64,000 nucleotides of DNA from Lingula anatina (taxonomy: Eukaryota > Animalia > Brachiopoda). The stretch spans positions 3,906,001 to 3,970,000 of the forward strand of contig CM120649.1 in assembly GCA_051362555.1 (NCBI GenBank). The letters run 5' to 3'. How positions within the stretch are numbered: position 1 is the stretch's first letter; each line of letters starts with the position of its first letter. A program made the position numbers and the translations under genes. The notes below the pieces were generated by a model, which was given only the letters and a program-made list of their open reading frames with translations, made no database searches and had not been told where the DNA came from. Positions 38,514-51,521 of the stretch are shown here, piece by piece.

Positions 38514-41500
38514 ACAGGCCCGCAGCCAGGGGGAGTTCGGGAGGTTCGAAAGACCCCCCTTTTGCTGAAAAAAGGTCCACTCTGAAAAAAATTTGACATA
38601 ATTACATGGGGATTTTCCGGTAAAAGGTCCACTTTGTCAGAAAAGCCCCCCCCCCCCCCCCCCCCCCCTTTGAAATTGCTGGCTACGGGCTTGATAAATA
38701 AATAAATTATTTAAAGAATAAAGTAAATAATAAGATTACATTAAGAATCAAATAAAAAAGATAGATAGAAATTAGATGGTATAAATCATTAAATAAAAGA
38801 TAAATTATTTTAAATAATTTCATAAATAAATTTTGATTTAATAATTAAATGAATAAATCGCTGTGAAGTCTACCCATTATCAGGGCCACAGATAGATTTT
38901 CACTAGTTGCCAGTATAGACAGATATGTATCTGTTTATTTGATGGGACTTTTTTGCACGCGCGTTAGGGGAACGAGCATATAAACTGATTTCTTTTAAGA
39001 TTAAAGTGAGTGTCCTATCATTTGAAAGCCAACAAAATATTTCATTCCACATTAGAGAAATTAGCCTCATATTTACATTTGTAAATTTATAACCGGGTGT
39101 ATGTAACTCTTCGCTGTTCAGTAACAGTTATAAAGGAAAGTTAGATTTTGCTTGTATAAAACACACTTTTTATTCTGATAAAAAAACGACTGCGCACGAA
39201 GCATAATGATATTAGGCTTTCGATGATGATTGTGCATGAAACATCAAGTCATTTTTCCTTTTCATAATAGTGCTGGGCACCCAGGTGTTGAATCTTTTAC
39301 TCGACGTGCATCTCCTAATATTGTATACGCATGATTTCAGGTTGTTCTCGAGCGATGACGATTGCGTTCAAAATGGGTTGTTTGCAGCATAAGTGATGTG
39401 AATAAACCTAGCTTACTAATTAACTATTACCAAAGTAAAGCAGGGCTTTAGGTTTATCAGCCTAAGATTTATTCAATATGGGCAGTTAACTTGGACCAGT
39501 CTTGTTTCATTAACTTTGCGAATGAAAGTGTCAGTCGTTAACGTAAATTTCCAATATAATTTTACATCACTTATCTGATTTAACAATCTTATTGTTTAGG
39601 TTTTGTTTAAGGTTGCATGAGAACAGATAATGATCGCGTTTAACAATAGATTGAGGGCTATAGTAAGTCCTTCCTCTTTGGGCGATGTCTAAGACTGTTA
39701 ATTCAACGTACATAAACATGTAGTGTGACCACACTGTCAGCCATCCCCCTTGTTGCACGTTACAAGCGATTTGTCTCATAACTATGACAAGGCGTTCTTT
39801 TTTCTCGTTGTTGTTTTAAAAACGGACCACTTTGATAAGGCTAATTGCTTAGCTCATTGCGCGTCATATGTACTTAGCTCTTTGCGCGTCATATGTAAAC
39901 GCTAAGATATGAATGTTATACGGGGTAGTTGATTGTTTTGCCAGGGCGCCGCACTTATGCTTTCTTACTAGAGCGATCTAGAACAAGTCGCTAGTTTGCC
40001 CTGTTTGTAACTGTAGCAAATATGTTCGACATGCCGTTTCTGCACGACAGCCGGAGACACAGTAATTGTATAAGGCATGGTTTAAGCTTGTTCGAGAGAT
40101 AATAACAGTCGCGTTTAACAAAAGATAGTAAGACCCCCTCCTCTTTAACTGATGTCTTACACTGTTAATATTGACCGCACTTTCATATATTATGTAATAC
40201 ACTGACAGACTTTCCCCTGTTGCACGTTGGCGTTGGATTGTACTTGTGCCTCTGTCAATGCACCTCATTTAGTTTAAATATTTTTACCGCATAAACCTTT
40301 GTGGTTTAGAGTTATAAGTTTAGTAGTAGGAATAGGATGGTTGGACAAAAAGCTTCTAGTCAACTTTCTTAGACCTAGGGTGTGATGCTGCTATCATCCG
40401 AGGAAACACCTACACTGAATCCTCTTCCTGAAATCCCCCTAGCTGAAACAAAAAATGCCCCTTGAACCGGTCCAGTTTTACAGCGTCGAATCATTTTTGA
40501 TATCATTGAGCGTCTTTAAACGAAAGCTTTTAAGTGACAAAAACAGAACCGTGTGGTGATTGTTTATTAAAGCGTAGGTTTATTCATCATGATCTATTTT
40601 GTAAACAATACATGCCTAAATTTTACTTGGATTGATCATCGTCACTGTTTGGCTACTCGCCTATAATGCGTGCTGAACGACAGACAACTTATAAATATTA
40701 TCTGTGTTACTGTGTATTTGACCAAGTTAAAATAGAACGGTGTCGGTGATTTAATCCATCGAACATATTTATATTTCTTCTTTTAAAACCAGTGTTAGGT
40801 TAACATCAAGTCAAATTAAGTAAAGCTAAGTAAAGCCTGTTTCTAGTTCATCCACGCTATAAATACATGAAGGATAACAAGTCTCTGTAGCCAATTAACT
40901 TTCACAATGCCCTGTGCTTTAGAGTCCCATGTTATACAAGCAAATGAGTATGGCCTGAGAGAAATATAAATATGAGGCCGTGTATGAAGATGTTTCAAAT
41001 AATAAGAATCAAGAATTTAAACATGTTAGGTACATGCACATCATTTAATAAGTCATTTCACAAAAATGGCATCTAATTTTTCAGATAAACCTCCACTTTT
41101 ATCGATCTCAGCGCCTTGTCTGATGTTTACATGTAGGCGGTATACTCCAATATTAATTGCGAACAATATCAACAGCGACTCGAGATCGTTGCCTGTCTTT
41201 CACACTTTTACACAAACCCATGAAGGGTTAATAAAAGGATTCGCGTTGCGACATCTATCTCTTTCTTTCGAACAAGCAAATTAAGGGCTGACCAGAAGTA
41301 AGCTGGCATAACTAATTTCTCTTTGACTGTACAAGGGTATATTGTAATTCCTCCACTTGGTCGCCTCCATTGTCTTGTAACAGTGACAAAGAATGTGTTT
41401 TCACACGCTAGTTTACATAACTCCTTTGCCTTGTGTCTTTATCAAGGTTATAATCAGTTTGAATAGGTTGTCTTGCCTCACTTAAAAAGGGAGTTGTTCT

Positions 41501-43601
41501 TCACACTGGTTTTTGCCTAACTTTCGAAATGAATTTGTTTTTAACGTAAAGAAGTCCAATACCCCTTTCACGACTCAGTCATTGTACAGCATGTTGTAAT
41601 CGATATTTAAAAAAGTTCTTAACTTGGACCGGAGTTTGATATACAGTGTACTGTAGCTACAGTGGCATTCCTCAAGTTGGGTCTGCTGGGGGAGGGGGCA
41701 TTTAAATGATAAACGAAGAAGTCCACCTGTAAACAGCAGCGGTTTAAATGATCGCTATCTCGGTTCCTTTTTCTTTGACAGCATCATAGAAAATGTTAAG
41801 GGAGAAAGTCACACATACCCACGGCGTTGTTTTGTCTTCAGCATTTCCTCCTTCCTGCTTACTGCAATTATTATCGTCAATTAATTAAACCGAGAAAGCA
41901 ATTAAATGATGGCACATTGAATATAATCACTATGTGCATTTCGCTGAGTGTAAACAAGATCTAGCGAAACCTTTTAATTCAAAATAAATTTATATGTGAT
42001 TTCACCTCTGTCGTTTGTGTTATTTCAAACAAAACGATTTCCTGAAAGAGCAACTTTAAAATGTATTTCTATTCAGCAAAATAATGTAATTTAATACAAC
42101 TATGAGTAATGTATTTAAACTACGGCCGTATATGCGATGGCCATGTGGGATTATAATTGCATACCTTGATGCAAAACAGTCTATCGTTTCTCCTACTGCG
42201 AGTCCCTTTAATTAATGTATTATATTACACTTTACCCTTTTTATTTGACACTGTCTCTGTTTCTCTCCCCTTTTCCTTTCTCTTGTAAGAAGGAGGGCAA
42301 ATAATTAAGCATTCAAAATATGCATCACCAATCTTCAGAAAAGAATGAGTGAATGAACCATTGGGCTGGCCCACAACGTCCGACACAGCAGAATAAATTA
42401 AATAACAGCTTTCACAGATTTAACATCAGTTAGCTGTATAGCGTCACCATATACATAATCCGCTGCACGCGCGAAGCTGTTGAACAAAAGGATAGTTCTC
42501 TATGGAAGACCTTTTGTTTACATAAGTACTCTAAGGGGGCGTGCCTAACCAGGCGACAAGAGGATTAGGCTAGTCACTATATTCCGTCAAATTCGTTTAG
42601 CGACCCTATCATTATCACACTCCCTCTATTGTATTTTCTGACGTTATAATTGTATCTAATCTTCTTACGTTAGATGGAATAAATGCACACATATATAATC
42701 TTATGACTGTAATTGTGATTTGAAAAAAATGTGGAATATCTTCGATAAGTCATATCTGTGACATTTAATTCAAACACATGGTAGAGTGGTTTGTTAATCA
42801 CAGAGAAAGAGGTTTCATTTTATAAAAATGACAGAATCTGCAATGAGTGTTTTTTTTTTATCTATTTGTTGTAAGAACTTTCTGATCTTTTATTTCAGAG
42901 ACAAGATAGCAACAGGTTCATTTGACAAGACCTGTAAATTGTGGAGCAGCGACACAGGGAAGTGCTACCACACTTTTAGAGGTCACACTGCCGAGATTGT
43001 AAGTTTTGATTATCAGTGTTTCCTCTTATTTCTGGACCAACAGCACTGACTGTTGAAATAAGATGTTAAGAATTTAAAATATATATATATTTAGGAATAT
43101 AACAGGGTATACCTGAAAAAAAAGGAAAATTACTGATATTTCCAAAAATTATTATTATTATTATTATTTTATTATTTCATTATTATTCCATATAAAAGTC
43201 TGAATTGCATTGAAAAAAATATTTTTATCCATTTCTTCTGTGTTTACGCAGTTTAATTTGATGCATTTGAGCGTGATATCAGTTTATAGTAACATATTTC
43301 CTTTCTTCTAGGTTTGTCTCTCCTTCAACCCCCAGAGTACAGTAATTGCCACTGGCAGCATGGACACTACAGCCAAACTGTGGGACATTCAGACTGGAGT
43401 GGAGATCTGCTCACTTGGGGTAGGTAATATAGGTAACATGTGATCACTCTTACCAATGACATACATGCACGCACGCACACACATACACAGGAAAGAGAGA
43501 GAAAATGGGGAACAAGAGAGAACATGAGAGAATGAATTTAAAGAGTGAGTTATGGAGAATGGGAAATAAACAGGAAGTATTAAAAAATACATGCACACTT
43601 G

Positions 43602-43632
<31 letters not shown>

Positions 43633-44358
43633 AAGATAGAGAATATAGACGAGAAAGGGTATGAGAGAGAGAAAGAGAGAGAATTGAAAATAGAGTGCAT
43701 TAGAGAATGAAATTAAATTTAAAATTAAATAGAGAGAGATGATTTGGACAAGCAAGGTGGTATTAAAGGGGAGATTAAAGAAAGTAAGACGGGGAAAAAA
43801 GTAATTAGAAATAGAGAGAGAGAGGAGAAAAGAAGGAAATGAGAGGTAGAGAGAAAACTCATCTATTATGGACTCTAATTTCAGGCCCATTCAGCTGAGA
43901 TCATCTCCCTTGCCTTCAACACCACCGGCAATCAACTCCTGACAGGCTCCTTTGACCACACAGTGCAGCTGTGGGACGTTAATACTGGGAAGTGAGTACA
44001 GGCTAACACTGGGTTCCCATACTTAGATCGATCCATCTGGATGGACCTCTCTCCTTGGGGGTTCATGCTAAATTGCTTTCAGCTCAAGAGGCTTTAATGT
44101 CTGTCACATCTACTGAATCAGCTAGGGGGTACAGATAATTACGCCCTGACAGTTTTACTAGGCGTAAGAGACATTTAAGCCGGTCAAGTTGATGACAATT
44201 TAGTGAGATAGATTGATCCAAATATCTGTGGAAATGGTCACTAATATATCAGTTAAAGTCATGGGGATTCTCTTTGTCTTAAATTGTTTCTTTGATAAAA
44301 AAATGCACCAAAACACCACACAAAGATGCAATACTGTTTCTTTGTTGTAACACAGGTT

Positions 44359-44428
<70 letters not shown>

Positions 44429-46557
44429 TTCCAACATAGATTCCACATCATATGCTTCTTTCATTACTCCCACCAGAGGGACACAGATTGCACTGTGTCA
44501 CCACTAACACAACCAAGACAATACCAACTCTAATTCAAAAAACACTTTATATATCGTATTGTATTGTTCTGTACCTCTACTGTACCGTATTGGATAAAAA
44601 ATATTGCATTGGATTGAATTACAGTTTTGAGTGACCCATGCTCTCTTGAACGTAAAATGGAGAAGATTACACTGACTGTAACTGGGATTGCGTTTTGCTT
44701 GATTGTCTGCACTTTTACTGTTTGTCCTGTTTTGTTAACAGTTTATTTATTTATTACAGAATAATCCATACCTCCATAGGGCATGAAACATATATTAGCA
44801 TATCTTTATATTCTACAAAAATATCTGCACTTTTGTCTTTTTTATTATAGAATAAACCTCACTTAAATTGGACATGAGGAATAGTTGAATTAACCTTTTT
44901 TTTTTTTTTTTTTTTTTGGTGGTGGTGGTGAGGTAATTTCTATACCTTTGTCATTCTTACTCTCCATTTAATCTTTTAAAACTTTTGTATTCCAGAAAAA
45001 TTCACACTCTGATTGGCCACAAGGCGGAGATCAGCAGCGCTCAGTTCAACTGGGACTGTTCACTGGTGGCCACGGGGTCCATGGATAAGACCTGCAAAAT
45101 ATGGGATGCTGCATCTGGTAAGACCAAGGCTTTTACCAGCAAACAGTCCAATTGTTGTTTGGACAGCTGTGGGAATCATTGGGCGGTCAATATTTTCTAA
45201 GACAGCTGGACAGCTTATGATTTATTTATTTTATTTATTTATTTATTTATTATTTTTTTATCATTTTGGATGGCCTGTACCCCCAATCCTAGGGAAAACC
45301 CTGAGGACAGCTGACATTTTATTGTGTGTACTGGGGAACACGAAACATAAAATGTACATTCTGAGACCATGCTGGTATGAGTGATTAAAGTTTCGCAGAG
45401 CGATGGAAAATTGTGTTCAGTCAATCCAAGCTTAAGAATGCAGTGATCTCAGTGTACAGTTTTAAAATCCGGAAAAAGTCCTGAGGATGGGGAAAGATTT
45501 CAGCATTTCTGTGGAAAAGTGTGTGTGTGTGTGTGTGTGTGTGCGTGTGTGCATGCACGCGTGCGTGCGTGCGTGTGTGTTTTTGGGGGAGGGATTAAGG
45601 ATGGTGACAGAAAGCAAAATGATAGATGCATATCCTTATCCTGAAATAATGAAAGATAAATGATGTTTTGTATAACAAGGCTGGTAATTTTTTTCACTGT
45701 GCTATAAGGGAAAATTAAGCTTTCTTTTTTTATTATCATCATCATGGTCATAGTATCAGAAATTCACTAATTGAAAAATAATGTAACTTTTCTACAGCAA
45801 AATGGCAGATACATCTCTCCCCCTTGTATTTTTCATATGCTCATAATGTTGTGCTTAAAAAAAAACATACATCACTAACTTTATAGGTCTAAGCTGGTGT
45901 TGATTGGTGAAAGCATCAAAGCAGCTAATAATTCTTCAGTGATGGCATCATGCACTGAATTTATTATTTTTAATTCTAGGTCAATGTATCGGTACTCTTA
46001 AAGGCCACGATGACGAGGTGTTGGATGTGTGCTTTGATTACACAGGGCAATACTTGCTGACTGCATCTGCCGACGGCACAGCCAGAGTCTATAACGCAAT
46101 ATCACAGAATCTGGTTGCTAAGTTACACGGCCACGAAGGGGAGATATCCAAAGTGAGTGACCATTTTGTAATGTGTTCACTATGTTCCTACCAGATCTTT
46201 GTGATCAGTTGTTCAACTTTTATTGAAACCTGTAAAAATGCATCTGAAAATTTATGGGGACATGTCTTTTGAGCCAGCTGGTCAAATGGAATTTAATATG
46301 TTACCAACTGAAATTCCCTTATTTATATCAACTGATAACTTGAAAAAGGAGTTAAAAACATATCCTTTTAAGGAAATTTCATTTTTATTTCCTTACTTGC
46401 AAATTGTTTTATGTGGGAACTAGGCTGACTTTTTATAAAGAATTTTAATTTATTTTAATTTTTTAAAGGTCTAATAATTGTGTATATGTGTGGGCATATT
46501 TGTGTCCACATATTATTGCTGAGAAATATTGGTCACATTTCTAACTGCAAATTTAAA

Positions 46558-46588
<31 letters not shown>

Positions 46589-47057
46589 ATCACCTTCAAC
46601 CCTCAAGGCAACACCATACTTACCGCCAGCTCAGATAAAACGGCCAGACTGTGGGACCCAGAGTCGGGGGAGTGTAAGCAAGTCCTGGAAGGGCACACAG
46701 ACGAAATCTTCAGCTGTGCCTTTAACTACGAAGGAAATACCATAATTACAGGTAGGTGGGGTCAGAGGTCATAAAAGGTGATGCATGATGTGAGGTCAAA
46801 GGTCATCTAAGGTCATGCCAGGTCAAGGGTCAGATGAGGTCAAAGTTATGTAAGACCTGTATATCAAGTAAGTTTGTGTGGGTTCTGATATTAAATCAGG
46901 ACATCGAGATCTGTGGTCGAGACACATCTGCAAAAATGTACAACAATTTATAATTTATATTAATCTATTGAAAGATATTTGTGTAGTTATTTATCTATTT
47001 CTTTATATTTCTTACGTTCCAGGAAGTAAGGATAACACTTGTAGAATTTGGAGGTGA
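34196..47057 (+). CDS. DAW1: Dynein assembly factor with WD repeats 1 (WDR69/ODA16), 415 aa, 13 exons: 34196-34235, 34890-34962, 35205-35296, 35677-35729, 36762-36820, 37210-37332, 42899-42998, 43312-43419, 43885-43991, 44996-45117, 45980-46152, 46589-46751, 47023-47057
   Basis: N-terminus [55 protein letters not shown]40 repeats and C-terminus [11 protein letters not shown] match DAW1. Exons sum to 1248 nt with consistent phases. AATAAA at ~47572. Confidence 0.97.
35297..35676 (+). other. U12-type (minor spliceosome) GT-AG intron, DAW1 intron 3
   Basis: 5'ss GTATCCTT, branch point TTCCTTGAC at 35656-35664 about 12 nt before the AG, and no polypyrimidine tract. Splicing restores VL-R-LQEKLGQ. 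Confidence 0.9.
38515..38693. mobile_element. Short non-autonomous TIR element inserted in a (TAAA)n tract
   Basis: CAGGCCCGCAGCCAG ... CTGGCTACGGGCTTG, with internal AAAAGGTCCACT repeats and poly-C. Confidence 0.7.
44008..44210. mobile_element. Degenerate copy of the element at 58491-58685 (opposite orientation)
   Basis: ACTGGGTTCCC..TAGATCGATC..GCTAAATTGCTTTCAGCT..CAATTTAG is shared in reverse complement. Confidence 0.65.
46250..46372 (+). mobile_element. Old L2/CR1 LINE 3' fragment in DAW1 intron 11
   Basis: [36 protein letters not shown] resembles the L2 GDRAF..WNxLP..FKxxLKTYLF motif. Confidence 0.55.
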
Positions 47058-48042
47058 ATTAAGAAACACATAGTATTACAGTTTTTGTCATCAGTTATTG
47101 GTTGTGGACTGCAGACCCATGGTCAGCTTGCTTACATACAGACATTCAAGGAAGGGACAATATGGTCATGGACTTTTAACACAAAACTTTTTTGTTTTAG
47201 TTTGTGAAAGTGGCAGTCATCATTATGTACTTGTGTTGGACAGTGCTGTTACTGTTGCTTATATTTAGTGTGCACGTGAAGACAGATGCTTTGCATAAAG
47301 CCATGGTCACAAAGTGTACAAGAAGTTAAATACATAAAAAGAAACATTTGCTTGAGGTTCATTATAAAAAGTGCACTGTTGAAATGTATGCATGGTTGTT
47401 TATTTTTTTTTTTTAATGGACCACGAAGAAAATCCCATGATATACAGGCCAACTACAGGAAACAAATTTGACAAATTTCATTTTCAAAATTTTCAGGTGA
47501 TTTTTCAGACTTAACAATATAAGAGCCAATTTAATTCCATTTGCTTGACAATTTGCTCAATGTTGGGACCAAATAAAGCATTTAAATGAATAGTGTAGTG
47601 CTGTATTGCCCAGTAGTTGATAGTATTATGGTTGCAATAACATACAGTTCAGTGTCTTGTTGTCTGATGTTGTCTGACTATGATGTAAAAGTGTTAGCAT
47701 TTTATTTGTGTTGCACAGAGTTTTGTCATGTCTTTAATGATGTTTTTTGGGTTCTCACATAATTAGATCATTAATCATATTGGTTTTTTTTTTGTTTTTT
47801 TTTAAATACAAAGATCAGTCAAAAATCAGATCCAAATATGTTTATAAATAGTATTGTATTTGATTATTACCCTTCTGTTAATAGAAAAGAAAAGAATGGC
47901 AACAAAGATAATAGTTATAATAACTATAATGGGCAGTTTGTTTTATTCATCCAGGGTAATAATTAATATTATTTTTGTTGTCTTTATTGAACCACAAGCA
48001 TGAGGGTTTCAGGATTTATGTCCTAACAATAATTATCATTGA

Positions 48043-48094
<52 letters not shown>

Positions 48095-50213
48095 TAGATA
48101 AAGACAGAGATGATCAACATTAACTGGTCATTTTTTATAAAGCATAAGGGGCAAGGCGTATGTATTATCACCATAATGCAAATAATGTCACTCAGTAATA
48201 CACACTTGTTATTATAATGATTATTATTATTTTATTATTTTATTATTTTGATAAAACATTCAAAGTATTTCATTTTAAAAATTGTGTATATTGTGACCAT
48301 TTTTTTTTTCAAAATATGTTAAATGTAAATTGTAGTTTGAAGTGTACTGTCCACCCTTATGGCAAGTTAACCAAAGATTTGTCATAGTTTTGGAGTTATA
48401 ACTGATTTGTCTCATTATACATTAGTCTAAGAGTATTATTAGTAATAATAGTGAGCTTCCAAGTATAGTATTGCCTGCAGTAGTGTTTTTGCACAGTATT
48501 ACTTAATATTTTCACAATTTTAACTCAAATAAGTCATTGCATTTCATTCATTTGTATTTCTTTGAATTCTATTTTACGCCTCACTGAAACAATCCATCCA
48601 GTTAAAGAGTTGTGCAAGTGTTATGAACTGTAGTATTTTATTCTTTGCTTAACAGTTATTTTCTTTAAAGACTCAGTCTCTAAGGGAGCATTCATTATGA
48701 AGAATATTTTGAAGAAATTTGTAAACATATGGAGAACCAACGTCTGAATTTTTCTCTTTCAAATTTGATATATTAATTTGTTTGTTTTATTATGTATTTA
48801 CTTATTTATTTATTTGCAAGTGGTGTTATGAATATTTTAATACTATTTTATTCCATATCTTTTTATTTGCTAATACAGTTCATTACTTAGTACTATTTTT
48901 TAATATTTATTTATTTTAGAAAACTGACTTTCGTCCTGTACCTGTCCATTCACTTTGACTTTGAGAGACATTTTCAATAAGCATTCTAACTTCAATAACA
49001 TTTTACATGACATAATTGTAACGATTACTACTAGCTTTATGAAGATTTGTTTTTAGAGTTTTGGACATTTTTGATATGTCTTATAATAATTTTAGAGTAT
49101 TATTAAGAGATGGTAATTGAAATGCAGATGTGCTGTATGCGCCTTTCATCTGTGTTCTCTTACATATTATAAGTGATTTGTGCCTTCTGTAAGTTAATTT
49201 AATTTGTTGAACTTGAATTAAGTTGACCACACAATATACCCAATTAGGTTGACTGCTTCTCTGTGTATGCCTTATGTGGAATCCACCTCTAGCCTCGTTT
49301 TTACATTGTGACACTTAGTGAGTATGTAGGAGTACCGTCCAGAACGAGGCGGTGAACTGGAGGAAGGAAACCGATAATAATTTGGAGATACTGGTGTAGT
49401 GAAGTGATATTTTCCGAATAAAGATGGATTTAATGCTACAATTTTTTGCTTTATTAATTTTATTTTGTAACGTGTTTTATTTTAATAGTTACAAAAAAAT
49501 ATTTCCCCCTTAATTTTATTAACTTGAAGTTCGTTTATGATGTAGGCCTACAGTACACATCGGAGTTATTGAAATCAAGTATTTACAACTCAGAAACGAC
49601 TTCAGATAGATGGCAATTAAATTTTTCTTAACAATGGGATAGGGTATATCGCCGTCAAGATAGTCAAAATTGCTGAAAGTCCATGAAAATCAGTAACGGA
49701 CTCTGTATGCTATATACATGTAGCTTAACATTTTATCCCGCTTCAGTCGAATTCTTACACATTTCAGGGGCGGTTCCAGGATTATTTGAAGGGGGGGTCC
49801 TTGGATTCAAATCCGATACTCCTCTCCCCCTTCCCCGTTGGCGTGGGATTCGGGGGGGGGGGGGCGAAACATTTTGGTATTTTAGAGGGCGAACGGTGTC
49901 ATTCGGTACGGTTTAGAACTATGATTCAGCTAGTCAAAATTCTAATTTCAACAGGGGACCATTGGTGTGATTTTTTTCAGAAATCGATGAATTATGTACA
50001 TCATGCTTATTTGACTTATTTGTGCCTCGTACAACTGTATATGCCTGTCCTGCGGCTTACTAAGGCATGTGTAGCTTTGTGTCATGACGACTCAACCCTT
50101 CACATCGACGAATCACTCAAGTGTCCGAGGCCTTTTAATAATGAAAAGTCAAAACCATGTGTTTTTTTTAACAAAAATCTCTTTAAAAACAGCTTAATTA
50201 TTCACCCACCAAA

Positions 50214-51521
50214 TCATTGTTTCTTCCCATGCCATTTAGGTGGCCGCTTATCCAGAATCTGGCCTCGTTTCAGCATTCTTTCATAGATCAAGTCAGAGAA
50301 CTCGATCTCCTGAAGAGACATCAAACTACAGGTCGTGTGTTTAGATCCCTGTTGACTCAACTTATACGTTACAACTTCCGAATATTTTGGTAAACCTTTA
50401 GCTTTCACATTCGTTTCATTATCATAGCACACGGCTTTCCAGTATTTGTTAATCTTCCGAAGCTCTTCGACTTCCTTTTGGAGTCTTTCGACTCCAAAGA
50501 GTTTGATCTTTCTCCAAAACGTTTGGTTGAAATGGTCGTATAGTAAATAGTCACCGGCGTTCCAACTTTTCATCTTCGCTAAAATTTCTGGATCAAGTTG
50601 TACAATTTTCTGTTTAGGACGGGCATTTAATCTAACATTAACAAGATCAGTGAGAGACCAGTTCAGTAAATGTTTCAAAAGAACCAAGGATTCGTCGAAA
50701 TATTCTGCTATCATAACCAAATCAAAATTCTGTTCTAGTTCCAATATCTTCTCATAGGTGGCGGTGATGTTGTCTGACGTGTCCACGTCCATCCCAAAAT
50801 CTACAAGAAGCGGGTTTCTCAAAGCAGCGTCTACATCTGGAATGGGGAATGTAAAATAATATTTCGGTCTTTCAAGGAATGTTGCCAGCCCGTTGGTTGC
50901 ATTTAGCTTGTATACTTGAGCTATATTATAATAAGAGAAGATGGACTCAAACACGCTAGTGGGATTCCTCAAAATAGTAAAATAGACTGCGCCGTCTTGC
51001 ATAATTTTCTGAATGTCTCGACTGAATCGTGTATGGTGACATAAGATATTGAATTTCCCAGCAGCACTACGTAAAGCATACTTTGGTTTGAAAATTGCGG
51101 GAAAGTTTCCCACCTGGTACATGTTCCGCTCCGCCCCTAGCGCGAAAACGAGGCCCCTCTGGTAACCGAAGCGCATGACGATATTTTGAACTGTGCTGCT
51201 TGCGGTTTTATGCGTCTTTAAGAATACTAAATTTGTCACCGGTAGACCAATATCATTGGAGTTGTTTGAAGAGCTCGGGGAAAAAAGTTTGCTCTCTCCG
51301 TCTCGTATCACTGGTGGCGACTTCAAATTTGATGACGTCAGGGACAATGACGTCAGATTGTTGCACTGACAACTGTGTCTGATCCCGTCAATGGAACCTG
51401 TCGGCATCAATATTTGGATTTTATGTGTGTCTATTGAAAATCTGGTCACAAAATAAACAAGTGGCCAGGAGAAAACCAGAGTCGCAAGTACCAAGGTCCG
51501 TATCATTGAGTGAGAGGCCAT
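50214..51521 (-). CDS. Galactose-3-O-sulfotransferase family protein (435 aa, single coding exon)
   Basis: Type II TM; LVFLKTHKTASSTVQNIVMRFG; YFTILRNPTSVFESIF; FDLVMIAEYFDESLVLLKHLLNW; WNAGDYLLYDHFNQTFW. Acceptor at ~51573 and a probable UTR exon at ~51687-51788. Confidence 0.93.
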   Translation of the reverse strand: MASHSMIRTLVLATLVFSWPLVYFVTRFSIDTHKIQILMPTGSIDGIRHSCQCNNLTSLSLTSSNLKSPPVIRDGESKLFSPSSSNNSNDIGLPVTNLVFLKTHKTASSTVQNIVMRFGYQRGLVFALGAERNMYQVGNFPAIFKPKYALRSAAGKFNILCHHTRFSRDIQKIMQDGAVYFTILRNPTSVFESIFSYYNIAQVYKLNATNGLATFLERPKYYFTFPIPDVDAALRNPLLVDFGMDVDTSDNITATYEKILELEQNFDLVMIAEYFDESLVLLKHLLNWSLTDLVNVRLNARPKQKIVQLDPEILAKMKSWNAGDYLLYDHFNQTFWRKIKLFGVERLQKEVEELRKINKYWKAVCYDNETNVKAKGLPKYSEVVTYKLSQQGSKHTTCSLMSLQEIEFSDLIYERMLKRGQILDKRPPKWHGKKQ

